A DNA stretch of 64,000 nucleotides from Psammoneis japonica. Lineage: Eukaryota. A program made the translations under genes and the position numbers. This document shows positions 1-12,006 of the stretch, piece after piece. The first letter of the stretch is position 1; every line of letters begins with the position of its first letter. The stretch spans positions 1-64,000 of the forward strand of contig QPGO01000105.1 of NCBI GenBank assembly GCA_008632985.1, given 5' to 3'. The notes beneath the pieces are model-generated. The model had not been told where the DNA came from. It made no database searches and saw only the letters and a list, made by a program, of their open reading frames with translations.

Positions 1-510
1 CATTTTGAAAGATTGTTCCCACTGCTTCCCAAAAAACAGGGTTTGGGTCAATTTCTGTTGGTGCAAAGAAACTCACATGGAAAATTCAGGCAGAATGTCT
101 TGTTTGTCATGCTTTTCCTGTGCTTTGCACAAAACAGGCCACAACCTCAAGGAGTCAATTTCAGTCACAATGGCTGGCACTTTGTGTGCTTGCTTTTTGA
201 TGACAAACATGACAATGTCCACAATTTGGCAAAATTCCGTCATCAGAAAAAGTTTGCTGTGGTCAGACCAGAGTGAAGTGCCAATCAAATTTCTTAAAAT
301 GGAGTTTTGAAGTGTTGATGCATGGAATCACGTCACTTGTGCAAAAGTCGTTGTCATGCAAAGCACCAATGGTTTCAGGGGAAAGCAATTCCTGGAGGTT
401 CAGCGGAGCCAAGAAAAGAATGACAAAACAAGCATGAGAAAAAGTTGGCCCAAACCCTGATTTTTGTGATTTTTTCTGTGCAAAAATTGCATTGATTTTT
501 GTGCTGCCAG

Positions 511-751
511 CGCACATGGCTTGTTGGACCAAGGGCACAAGGCTCAGTCAGCCAGGTGTGGCAACTGACCTCCCTGGTCTTTTTGCCAAACTGCCCTGAG
601 GTCTGTTCTTTTGCCCTGTGGTTTGACATGATTTTTGTGCCAGTGCACCTGGCTTGTTGGACCAAGGGCACAAGGCTCAGTCTGCCAGGTGTGGCAATTG
701 ACCTCCCTCTGGTCTTTTTGCCAAACTGCCCTGAGGTCTGTTCCTTTGCCC
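511..751 (+). repeat. Two-copy direct repeat, period about 134 bp
   Basis: ggcttgttggaccaagggcacaaggctcagtc...ggtctttttgccaaactgccctgaggtctgttc occurs at about 518 and 651. Confidence 0.85.
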
Positions 752-3300
752 CATCCATGATCATCATGTGGGTGTGCTGTCCTGTGCAAAGAGCAGCAAC
801 AATGCTTGGACATCCCAAAACCTGTGCACAAATCACCTTGTCTAAACTTGGTGGAAGAAATGGGCATCATCAGAGACATCTCCTTTGCAGTGTGCCTGTG
901 TTGCAGCTGACAATTGTCAGAGTGACAGATTGCAGTCTTCACCAGCTGCCAGCCACAGGCAGTTCTGCACAAACTGTGCAGGAAATGCACCAGGGTTTGT
1001 TGAGAATTTGATGATGACATGATTCCATTTTGACAGCTGCAAGCAGCAGGAACAAACATGATTTTCCAGCACAAATGTGACAGTGACACCACAGACGGAG
1101 TCATTGTCAACACACCAATCACTGCATCATTTTGGGGTTTTGATCACAGGAATTCCTTGTGGTGTCCTTGAGTCCAGTGTGTGCCTTGGATGAGGACAGA
1201 CATCTGCAAGAAATTTACTTGCGAACAATGTGCTAAAGAGAAACCCAGATTTTGGGACACAGCTGGCTGGGCACAAAGTCATTTGGCACTGAATTTTCTT
1301 TGACAAGAGGAAAGACAAGGAAACAACATGAGGAAAAATCAGTTGGTGGCCCAGCATGTGGTTGCAACCATCATGATCCTTTCATCCAGCTGTTGATTTG
1401 TCCACAGCCTGTGGCTGCTAAAACACCTCTTTTTTTGCACTGCACTCAATGGGTGAGGCACAGACACCATTGGGGGGCACTTTCTCAAGGACAAAAACAT
1501 GTGCTTCCATGGACACAAGTGCGCTGTCTGCTCCAAGCAAGTGCGCAAAAGCTCAAGGTGGTGTGGCAAATCTGGCGCACATTGTGCAACAAAAGAAAAG
1601 AGGAAGCCTCTTTGTTTCCTTCATTCTTCAACAAGTCAATGAGGGGGAAATCAAGATGGAGCATGAGCAGAGTTTTGGGTCATTGGGAGCTCCTCTTGCA
1701 TCAGCCCCAGATTTCCTCAGATGAAAGGAAAATTTCCTGCACTTCTTTGGTGCCAGATTTGACCAATGCAGTCCTTTCATCTTGCAGCCAACATTGTGTC
1801 TTTTCATCTCTGTTGGTTGGCAAGTCCAGATGAGTGCAACCACTGCAGTGCTTCAAGTGGCCCACACCACAAAAAGTTTGGCTTTTTGTTGCTGAGATGC
1901 CCCCTTTCCTTTTGCAACCCTTTTTTCACCATGCAGAGCTGGCAAAAATGCCTTTTGACTGCAGTGGCACAGCTGCATGATCTGGCCAATGCCCAGTGCC
2001 AACATCATGAGAGAGGACGAGGCCAGCCAGCCCCCCCCCCCCCACTGCGCACCTGCTGACGGGCTGTGCCCTGCAGCTGGTCTTGCCAGCACAGCACTGC
2101 AGACAAACTCATTTCCTTGGACACACACCACAGAGAAATGCACTCTTGATTGCTTGTCTCTTGTGTTGCAGGTGGATCCTTTCCTTTTGCAGTCATTTTT
2201 TCACCAAGAGCTGGCTGCTGTGCTGCCAAGAAGCCTTGCTGTGCTGCTGCTGCTCACAGCAGGCACAGTGTGGCACAGAACCTGACACCTGATTCTGAAA
2301 GTCAGCCTTCAATCTGTCAAGTGCAAACTTAAATTGAAGTGCACAAGCTGTGAGAGCCAAGAGCCTGAGTCTTGCAGCAAGCCATGCCAAGGGGCCTTTG
2401 TGGTGGTGTGTCTGCCCCACTTGCTTGGGTTTTCTCCTGTCTCTCTTTTCACTTGCACACTTTCCAAAGAGAAGCAGCACAGCAAACAACCAAGCACCCA
2501 ATGCATTGAAGTCAATGTGGGTGCATTCATCAAGCGCAGCCATCTTTTCTGCTGTTGGCATGAAGATGTGGCTCTTGCTCTTCCTGTGCGAACTCTCCTT
2601 TGATGTGCTCATTCATTGCAAGCTCCCATGCAGCATGTGTCGGTGATTCCTCCTGAGTCAATGAAGAGAGTGAGGGTCGTCTGCTGGCAGCTAGAGCCAG
2701 TCTCTCCAGCTAGAGCCAGAGCAGAGAGACAGAGCAGGAACAACAGAGAGGACAGAGGAAGCATCATGCTCCATCCGTCGTTGGCGACTGTGTTCCAACC
2801 CTGCGACGGTTCTCGCACTCTTTTGCGTGCGGGCTTCATGGCGCCCAAAATGTGGTGCGCACCACACTTGCTCCAACACGAGCCGCCGCGTGCAGACATG
2901 ACAAGCGTGTTGTTGCTGTCATTTCTTTTGTGTTGCATCAGAGCTCCAACGCGACGCAACAATGCCACAGCTTCCCTCTCCGCAGCTGTCGATTGGCAAA
3001 GGCAAGACTTGATTCAACAGTCACTTGAGATGTCAGTTCTCTTGTGCTTGCACTTTTGTTTCGGCTTTGTTGTCAGCGTGCTGCAGCAGACACGCTGTCA
3101 AATCAAAATGACTGCGTCTCCTGCCGAATCCACTCCATTCAGGGATCTGTTTTCTTTTCTTAGAATTCAAAGCTTCGGAGCTTTTAACTCTCTTTTCAGA
3201 GCTCGGGGTTGAGACAGTCGATGATCTTGAGTTTTTGGAAGAGAAATGTTTCGAGCATCGCCCATCAATTTCTCCGGTTTCCGTGTAAAAGCTCCTTCTC

Positions 3301-5112
3301 GTGATTGACTTTATTCAAAACGGTGGGTCGATTGACGGATTTAGCTGCTTTCAGGATCTGGTCAAGTCTGTCAAGGCTGCAAAAGCAACATCGGCCCATG
3401 CATCGAAGGACAAGAACGGTGAATCGACAAAGGAGCTTGACCCTTTCGTCACCCCAAACGTTGGAGGACACAAGTTTGCCACGTCGCGCAAGACGCTTTC
3501 AAGCGCGTCTGGATCGTTTCTGGAGAATCTAGTTTCTGGACGGCACCACAATCCTGCTCGTCAAGACAAGGACGGCTCCCATTTCATTGATCGTGATGGT
3601 GCGCACTTTCAACACGTCCTCAACTTTCTCCGCGTCGGAACTGCAGTGACTCTTCCAGAAGGAGCCACGGCCCGAGAGGCTCTTGCCATGGAAGCTGATT
3701 TCTGCGGTCTTCACGAGCTTTTGCAAGCAGTCACCTTCCCCATGATTGAAATGGACGATCACCTTGACGAGGAGACTGTCAAAATTCGCAAGGATGAGGA
3801 CGCACTTCGTGGGGCTTTTGCGGATGGATCAGCTGCCAGTTTTGATCTCTACAGGGGTCTCATTCCTCCACTTTGTCCAGATGATCCTCCATCGCAGCCG
3901 TTGCATCACCGACCTGAAAGCCATTCGAGTGAAAATCATCATTTGCTCATGAACAACTTGCGCAACGACGAAGCAACGAGCAATGCACCAGTTGCGGTTG
4001 GAGCCCTTAGCGAGTTTGAAACCAATTTCAACCGCAAGCATCCAAATGTGCTCCACAGGCTGTCGGACGTCCTTCGTGAGGAGCCTGTCGTGATTGCTGG
4101 TGGAGCGGTGCTTCGTTGTCTCACCTCCAGTGCTGGAAGTCGCACGGCTCAATGGCGGGGCAAGAAAAGTGACATTGATGTGTTCCTGCACTGCAGCAAC
4201 GTGGAAGAGGCCAATCGAATTGCTCGACATGTCTGGAATGCATTGGCAGTGGACGACGAAATGTGGGTGATTGTGCGAGGTCGGGGAGTCATCACCATCC
4301 ATGACTGGGTGGATGCCAAGAAAACGCAGATCCTTCAAATCGTTCTTCGGTTGCATCAGTCTCCCGCCAAGATCCTTCTGGGTTTCGATTGCGACTGTTG
4401 CTGCTGCCCACATGACGGTGCATCCGCATGGGTGACCCCAAGGTGGCTCCATGCTGTGCAACACGGTGTCAACATCTTAAACCCACTCCACATGTGGCCA
4501 AACAAACCATCTCATGAACTTCACTTGGCAAAGTGCGCTCATCGTGGTTTCACTGTTGCTGTTCCAGGACTGGATCAGATGCGCATCGACTGCGACCGAA
4601 TCCGCCGCATGGATCTTTGTGATCTCAGGGGCATGGCCAGGCTGTTGAAAGTGTTGTTTGCAATCGAGCTCACGTGCAATCGTTCATCCGATGACATTCG
4701 TGACATTGACTTTCTAAAAGATGACCAAGACAGTTGTGCGGAGATTACGGAGCTTGTGATCCATGGGAGAACAGGAGTTTGCGAAGAAGGATTTGACAAT
4801 GTTGCAGTGATTGTCCCTTCTGATCACAACTTTGGAGGTGACAACATGCCTCCTTCCCCTGAAATGTGGTGTGATGGCCACGATGAGTTCCCGTGTGCTC
4901 AGTTTTGCCGTGACAAAGTCTGGGAAGAAATTGAAAACAACCAAAACCCTCCCAACGGGGTGCCAGGTCGTCTCTCGGACTCATGGAACCTCGAGAAGAA
5001 GTCTGGTGAGCATTTGAATGCCACCTTGGAGAATTTCGACCTGGTCAATTTGTGCCACATGCACGCGCACAAGACTCATGTGCAAAGGAACTTTGTGGGA
5101 AGGGGTGGTTGA
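3301..5112 (+). pseudogene. KCTD-type BTB/POZ domain fused to a Pol-beta-like nucleotidyltransferase domain; open frame but hypermutated
   Basis: BTB motifs NVGG-F-TSR-TL, FIDRDG-HF-HVLNFLR and EADFCGL. NTase-like IAGGAVL...SDIDVFL, QIVLRL...ILLGFD-DCC and SHELHLAKCAHRGF. Only one Tyr in 603 aa; positions normally Tyr read His or Cys. Confidence 0.75.
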
Positions 5113-5570
5113 CATCATCGAGGTCCAGAGCCTTGCATCTCCAACAAATTGCATTCCTCGATGCTGCAGTCTCAAAGTTGAAAGACATGATGTGCATGGC
5201 AGTGCCGTTGTTTTTTTCAATGCCTTGCTTTTTTTCCCTTGCTTCTCCTTGCAGTTTGTGAATGGTCGATGTGTCGGCCGTCGACTGCTTGCTGATTGGG
5301 CGCCACTTTGACTGGTGGATGTGCACTGTGTGGGGCATTTAGTTTGTGAAGTGGCACCGACATGTGGGATTGCTGAGTCTTCGCTGGGCTGTGCAGGCTT
5401 CACCACGCGCCAAATTTGTTCAAGTTGAAAGCAATGGTTTGCTCCAGTGTTTGAACAATGTTGCCATCCTCCTCATTGTCGACATTGCGGGCCAGACTTG
5501 CTTGTTCTTGCAGTTGCAAATCACAAGTGGCAGCTTGCACCGTGTGCGCTCCTTCACCAACGGTGCTGTT

Positions 5571-5690
5571 GCAGTGTTCGATGCAATTCCGCAACCATCC
5601 CTTGTCGAATGGATTTCGATGTTGACCGGCTTCATTCTGCAGATGCTTGCACCGTGCCAAATTCAAATGCTCATTCATGGCCAATGAGGC
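5571..5690 (-). pseudogene. Decayed fragment of a DHHC palmitoyltransferase C-terminus (TTxE/PaCCT region)
   Basis: AMNEHLNLARCKHLQNEAGQHRNPFDKGWLRNC matches the ZDHHC pattern TTNE..N..RY.YL....Y.NPFD.G...N once C/H are read as Y. Confidence 0.6.
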
Positions 5691-5859
5691 GACAGTCAAA
5701 GGTCTTTGTTGAATGATGCTTGGCCAGGAAGATGACTTTTGAAGCCACCTGTCGTGTGTGTCATCCAACCTTTCTAGTCTGGGCTTGGTGACATCTGATT
5801 GTCAGTGGGTCTGCCAATGTTTTCCAGATGGTGCTGCTCCTGTGCAGAGCTCATCAACA

Positions 5860-6177
5860 CCAGCATTGGTGTGCATGAAAACAGCATCATGCAGGAACAA
5901 AGTGGATGCTGCACCTTGTTTGGCCCTGGAAACAACCTTTCAGATGAGGAAATGAAACAAAAAGTCTGCAAGTGAAGGAGGAGCCATTGCAGTCATTGCC
6001 ATTTTTGGCAGCAAATGTCCAGCATTGGTGTGCATGAAAACAGCATCATGCAGGAACAAAGTGGATGCTGCACCTTGTTTGGCCCTGGAAACAACCTTTC
6101 AGATGAGGAAATGAAACAAAAAGTCTGCAAGTGAAGGAGGAGCCATTGCAGTCATTGCCATTTTTGGCAGCAAATGT
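5860..6177 (+). repeat. Exact 159-bp tandem duplication
   Basis: 5860-6018 is repeated at 6019-6177 (ccagcattggtgtgcatg...ggcagcaaatgt). Confidence 0.92.
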
Positions 6178-7963
6178 GAACAATGACAGCAGTGTGTTCT
6201 TTGTGATCTGCTGGCCCCTGCAAGGCAAAGGAAATGACACATGGGCAATGAGCACATTTGCCATTTTCTCTCCCAGCAGTGTGCTGCATCTGCTGCCTGT
6301 GAATTGGGCCAAGGGCTCCACAGCTTTCTGCTTGCAATCACTTCTGCCAGGTTGCTTGTGTCCCCAGCTTCCAAGTGCAGCCACTTTGCATGTCCCAAGA
6401 AGGCACAAACCTCAAGCATTTTGAGCACAATTTGCCTGGATTGCTTGTCCACCTTTGTGGTGGCAGAGCAGCTGCCTCCATGTGCCAGATGTCAGCCAGC
6501 ATTAAAAGTCACTTCTGCCAAATTGTTTGTGTCCCCACCAGCATTTGAGCATGGCACTTCTTTTCATGCCCCAAGGCACAAAACCAAAGCAGCATTTGGC
6601 ACAGCTTGTGCAGGTTGCTTGGCCACCTTTGTGGTGGTGGCAATGCAGCCTCTGACAACAAAGCAGCAACATTGACAGCAACAAGCAAAGAAAGCATTTT
6701 TCATTTGTTTTTGCTCACTTTGTTGCAACCCTCCTTGGCTGTTGTTGGGTGTCAGAAATCATGCCCTGTGCTCACTCACAACAAAACAACCACCACAAAC
6801 ACACTTCCTGTTTACAACATTTGCATGAGCAAGAATTGTGTGCTGGAGGGTGTTTGGAAAAGTGCCCTTGCCAATTTCCAAAACAAGGTGCCCACATTCC
6901 TTCAAACAAATCCAGTCACTTGGCACATTTTGTTGCAAGTTGTTGTTGCTGAAAACACTCAAAGTGTGCTCCTTGATCATGGTGCTGCTGCTGTCAGCTT
7001 TTGACAAGCACCGCTCCGAAGTTAATTGGCTTGCAAGCGTCACATCAAAAAATGTCAACACCTGAAGCCGAGCAACTTCTGAGTGTTGATGGACAGGAGC
7101 ACTGCTGCAAAGAAACAAAATGACAAAGATGCAGCTCTTGCTGGGGCAAAGAAGCTGCACAAGCTTTGGATGTGCTCATGTGATGCAAAAGCACACTCCA
7201 CCCCTGTGGAAATGTGTCAAATTCAAACCAAGTTTGGGCAGTGTGTTGTTCAAGATGATGACTGCTTTGGAGTCAATGGGAGGCACTCATCTTTGCACTT
7301 GGCAGTCCACCCCAGAACATTCATGTGGTTGACACTGTGACAGCCATTGTCCTTTCAGAACCACACCCCAAACAATGAGCCTCAGCAGAGTTCAAAATTT
7401 CTTCACTGATGCTGCTGTTTAAAACAACGCATCTTGATCCCCCTTCAGTTCCCACTGCTGTGTCCAAATGACTTCAAATGTGCAAAAGAAGAAAAGCTGC
7501 TCTGCCTGAGTTTGAAGAAGGAAAACATTTGCTTTTTGAGAAGAAGCTGCCGCGAGCATCCCATCTCGTGAAATTGTCATGCATGGTCCAGCAGCAATGA
7601 ACCGCTATGACATGCCTTCACTCGCGCTCACTTTGATGTTGCGTGCGGGACGCGTGCGGGACGCGTGCGGCAGTCGAAACAAACAACCAGAGAGCCCACA
7701 ACATTGCACATTGAAACCGATGTGAGTTCATCAATCAAGAGTGAGCATCTTTTCTGGGATTGGCACGACGATGATGTGATTGTGTTCATAAAACGCTTTC
7801 ACACAGCATGTGCCTGTTATTACTCCCAAGACAATAAACGAGAAGTTCCGCGATTGATCCTTGACGCGTATGAATTTTGACACTCTGCCACAAAGAAATC
7901 AACAGTAACAGCACATGGCATACGTATCTCCAAAGGTTATCTCTAGGTGCTATACATTTATGC

Positions 7964-8837
7964 TTATGCTGACTTTTGCATGACTTGCGCTCCCTTGAGG
8001 CCAGATTCTTCAATAGTTTGATCCAGATTTGTAATTGGCTTCGGTGGGAATCCCGACACAAGTCGAAAAGGTTGGGTCGAACCCAAATGTGCAGCCAATT
8101 GCAATACGGTGGCAGAAGTATTGATTCGTACAACACGACGCTGCCCATCTATCAAGCGAACCTGAATAGATGTGGTGGGACTCGACTCGTCCAACGCCGG
8201 AGCTTCCGGTAGAGTGGATGGATCAACCACACCATCCGCTGATGCAGAGGGAGCCCCTCCACCCAAAGAATTACCAGCACCCGAGAAACTGGTGAACTGT
8301 TCCACATACTCCTCAGACCTCTTGTCAATCAATCCCACAGTAACATCACCCTCCTCCAGTAATTCTCGAGGAGTCCTACCGGCTGCAAGACTTTGCAAAA
8401 ACTCCGCATTCGCTGGATCATTCAATCGGCGGTAGGGACCGTCATCGACTTGAAAGCCGCTGCGATACATGGTAATGGTGCGACGAGGAGGCCCGTCATC
8501 GCTTCCTCCTTGCTCTGCTAAGTCAAAGACTGAGTCACGAGGAGCGCCACCGCCTTCATTAGTATTGGGTTCGACAGCTAAGCCGCTGTGTTAATGCAAC
8601 GAAAAAGTAATGAGGAAATTTTGTGAGCGTGTGAACAGTTATCAATATCTACGACGCTGAATATCTATAAACTGTACAGTAGCAGGATCCAAGAGAGGGC
8701 GCAACAAAAAGAGACGCTCACCTGCCGCCGCCCCGAGAATCGACACCACCAACGTAACGATTGTTGCTTTCGTTCTCATCGTCGTCGTCTTTCTTGTCGT
8801 TGTCGCGCAAGCTATGGAGACCGTGGACGTTGCTCAT
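7964..8837 (-). CDS. p47/Shp1-like SEP+UBX domain Cdc48/p97 cofactor; two exons, intron 8586-8721
   Basis: Exon 1 MSNVHGL...YVGGVDSRGGG splices by GT-AG to SGLAVEPN. SEP domain (ITMYRSGFQVDDGPYR...FLQSL..GRTPREL), SHP box FSGAGNSLG, UBX domain (TTSIQVRLIDG...SGFPPK...GLKGA). Confidence 0.9.
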
Positions 8838-9150
8838 GGTGTGTGTGTGACTGAGTGCAGAGTGTCGTCGAAATCCAAAATCTTTGTGCGGCAATCCACG
8901 CTCGTCTGCGTTGCATGTGGGCGTCGTACAAGTTCTACGCAACGTCTGTTTTCTGACCTGTTCGCCACCAATGCAAATATAATGATCTTAGTGGATGAAT
9001 AATTTCAATTGCATCTGGTCCCGGATTTGATTCGTGTTTCTTGCGCGACGTCTGACCGCTTCGTGCGAAGTCTCGCGTGATGAGAAATCAGAAATCGCTT
9101 TCGAAACCTTCTTCAAGAGAACACATGGCGTCCATTCGGTGTGTTGCATA

Positions 9151-10630
9151 ATGGAAAAACAGGATTCACACCAACCCAATATGTACCGGAAGCCTAGAGA
9201 GGAATTGGCGTCGAGGCAGCAGGTGGCCCCACAACAAATCGAGACGCGATCACACAAATCGCTCTTTGCATCAATCTTTGGCACCGGCAAGCAAAGAAAC
9301 ACCATGTCAAGCAGTTCACCAAATTCGGAATCCTCCCGCAATGTTGCAGATCTCGTACAAGCCACATCGGCTGACTTTGGAGTTCTTGAAAACAACATGA
9401 AATCTCTCCTTGTGGCTCTCAAGCAACAGCACTCGTCCATGGTGGATCTTGGAGAGAAACGATTCAAGGTGAGAATATTGTGCTGCTTTGTGATCGTGTA
9501 TTGTTCACTCTGCATGCGTTTGTTTTATTGAAGCATATTATCACTTATACCGGTATCTCTTGTCTTTTCATGTTATTTTATAGACGATTTTGGAATTTGA
9601 GTCCTTTGTGGCCGACTCGCCTCTCTCTGATGTCGTCGGTAACGTGAGTTTGCTAAGGGTTGACACCAAGGCTTTGGCAAAGCAGGATAGTACCAACCCC
9701 AACGATGCTCCCGATCTTGTGATTACCGACAGCGAAGACTCGTCCCCACCATCTTCTCCCGATTCCGCCGAGAAATCGGAGCAAAGCAGCTTTGCGGTAA
9801 CCTCTCCGAGTGGCATTATTGAGGAGGAAGAGCAAGACCAGGATACTGATTTGGATATTACGATTTCGTCCGAAGAAACCCCTCTGGCGGACAATTTGAG
9901 TCCAATGAAGAAAAGCCTTACTGTTTCAGATACAGAGGATGAAGACAAGACTACCGGATTGTCGATCGTCAAGGAAGGAGAAACAGAAGAGCTTTCTGAA
10001 TTTACGTATGCTGGTGTTCAGAAATCCGCCCACACCGTGTCGGCCATGTATACCAACCAGTATCAGCAAGATGTTATTGTCTATGCGGAAAACTGGATCA
10101 AGGTTGTATCAGATCGTATCAAGGCTCGCCAGCTGCAGTTTCAAGAATTGGACAAGAAGCTTCAGCATTACACGAAAAAGGTGACTGGACTCGAAGAGAA
10201 GAAGTTTCAACAGGAGCAAAAGAACGCGACACTGGCACCCAAGCAGCAAGAGCGTTTGGAGCGGAACCAACTCAAGCTCCGTGGTGCCCGTGAGGCCTAC
10301 GATAACTCTGGTCAGAGTCTAGCGCTTCTCATGGAGGAGGTGACAGAACGAGCATGGAAGGACTTTTATCCTCTTTTGCTCAAGTGCATGTCGTTTGATT
10401 TGAACTATGAAGCCGACAAGTGCAATTACTTTTCAAAACTGAACGTTACGATTGAGAAGCTCCAAGGCATTGGAGAGTCGCACAAACTGAATGCAAGTGG
10501 TCGACTTGTCAGTATTGAAAAGTCGCATCCGGAAGAGTTGTACACTGGATCCAAGCGTATGGTTCGTCCAGTGTTGGACTCGGCAACAACTGATAGTGAT
10601 CATGAAGAAAGCGGTCCTCACGAATTTTAA
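9151..10630 (+). CDS. Coiled-coil, BAR-like domain protein; intron 9469-9583; start codon uncertain
   Basis: Two ORFs join in phase 0 (AAG|GT...TAG|ACG). Helical C-terminus KLQHYTKKV...ERLERNQLKLRGAREAYD. Confidence 0.65.
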
Positions 10631-10746
10631 GTCATTATAGTTCAGATTCTAACTATGGCTAGGAGATAATGGATTTTCTGGGTGTTCTCTAGTTAAACAT
10701 TTGTTTGAGATACGTTGCGCTATGTTCGTTTGTTCTTGCAAGGCAG

Positions 10747-12006
10747 TCATCCGACAAAGTTTCCAAAAGCCCAACGCCCTCGCTGAATTACTTTCCCTCG
10801 ATAATTCAGGAGCTCACCATGTCCATGACGTTTACCTTGCTTCCAAGATCCCGTGTACAAATCCCCATTGCTATAAGTTGCAGTGCCGCGACCATTGCGT
10901 AACCCACAACAGAATCCACCAGTATATACAAAATTCCCATCATCAAGTCTTCCTTGCCCATCCATTTCATCAAATTTCCATTCTCCATCATATGTTTTGA
11001 CTTTGCTACTGTCTAGCGCCCACGTTGCTTTTCCGGAACCATGACGTTGAGAGTGTTGAAACTCGCCCTGGTATGTGTACCCATCCACATCTCGGTAAAT
11101 GCCTTTTCCATGAAACATTCCACATTGATAGGCACCCTCGTAGACAGCCGCACGCTTTTCGTACTTTTTTCTCTTGACAAAGTGCGAGAACACACCCCAC
11201 CCCTTTTCAAGTGTACTTCCTTCCGATACTGTCCCAGTAAAGGAGAGCTGATTGGAATCTTCTAATGCGATAATCAATTTCTTCTTTATAGGCTTTGAAA
11301 TCGACAGTCTTTCAAAGCTGCGTTCCATGTCAGAGGAGCGTGAATGTTGGAATTTTGTAGTTCTTCTAGACGTATTTGCTTGATCATCTTGTCTAGATTC
11401 AACCAAACAACGAGAATCATCGTCGTTGAGTGTTTCCCAGTCAGCCAGTCGCGACATGACGAGCGTAGTTTCTTGCGGTGGTAGGGGAGGAAAGCCCGCT
11501 TCAAATGCATCCCAACCATCGTCAGAGTCATGCAAAGTTTGTATCTCTGTTCTAGAAGCCGTCGAGCCTATACTACGGGTATTCTCGTGAGTGCTAGGAG
11601 TAGCCACGGTTTGCTTTTCTTTTTCCCGAGTCGGAAATTCTTGTTCAAACGCGGCCCAATCATCATCCGACTTTTGCTTGTACAGTTTCATTGTTTCTAA
11701 ATCCTTCTGATGAATATTCTTATGACTGCGTACTGGCTTTGCTCGAGACTGTGGCTGCTGTGTTGTTGCTTTTCTTCGGCGCTCTGAATGATTCGACGGG
11801 ATTGCAAAGTATTTATCATCTGTAGACGCCTCTGTGGAAAATATAGGAGCTAAATGCCCATGAGGTGGGAATACATAGGTACTTATGCCCGATGGATCGG
11901 CTGCAACACTATGGCTTTGACCTGGTCGCCGTCTTTTGAGCGGTGTTGTCGGCCTCATCATTGCGGTACTTTTTTCGCGATGCTTTTCGTTCGTCTTTCG
12001 ATGCAT
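10747..12006 (-). CDS. MORN-repeat protein with long disordered N-terminus
   Basis: 419-aa ORF with repeated YxGxW/F...HGxG motifs at the C-terminus. Confidence 0.85.
   Translation of the reverse strand: MHRKTNEKHREKSTAMMRPTTPLKRRRPGQSHSVAADPSGISTYVFPPHGHLAPIFSTEASTDDKYFAIPSNHSERRRKATTQQPQSRAKPVRSHKNIHQKDLETMKLYKQKSDDDWAAFEQEFPTREKEKQTVATPSTHENTRSIGSTASRTEIQTLHDSDDGWDAFEAGFPPLPPQETTLVMSRLADWETLNDDDSRCLVESRQDDQANTSRRTTKFQHSRSSDMERSFERLSISKPIKKKLIIALEDSNQLSFTGTVSEGSTLEKGWGVFSHFVKRKKYEKRAAVYEGAYQCGMFHGKGIYRDVDGYTYQGEFQHSQRHGSGKATWALDSSKVKTYDGEWKFDEMDGQGRLDDGNFVYTGGFCCGLRNGRGTATYSNGDLYTGSWKQGKRHGHGELLNYRGKVIQRGRWAFGNFVG

Larger units (their letters stand above)
1..7620. other. TpA/CpG-depleted, TpG/CpA-rich hypermutated block containing decayed genes and repeats
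   Basis: TA dinucleotides are very rare. ORFs in all six frames are rich in C/H/Q/W and almost lack Y. Normal composition returns at about 7700-7800. Confidence 0.85.

Noticed and set aside
1..2700. Numerous 60-200 aa ORFs in TpA-depleted blocks (also 20.8-24k, 33.3-37.5k, 55.8-58.3k)
   Set aside because: They overlap in all frames, lack Tyr and show no recognisable domains; explained by loss of TAA/TAG stops.
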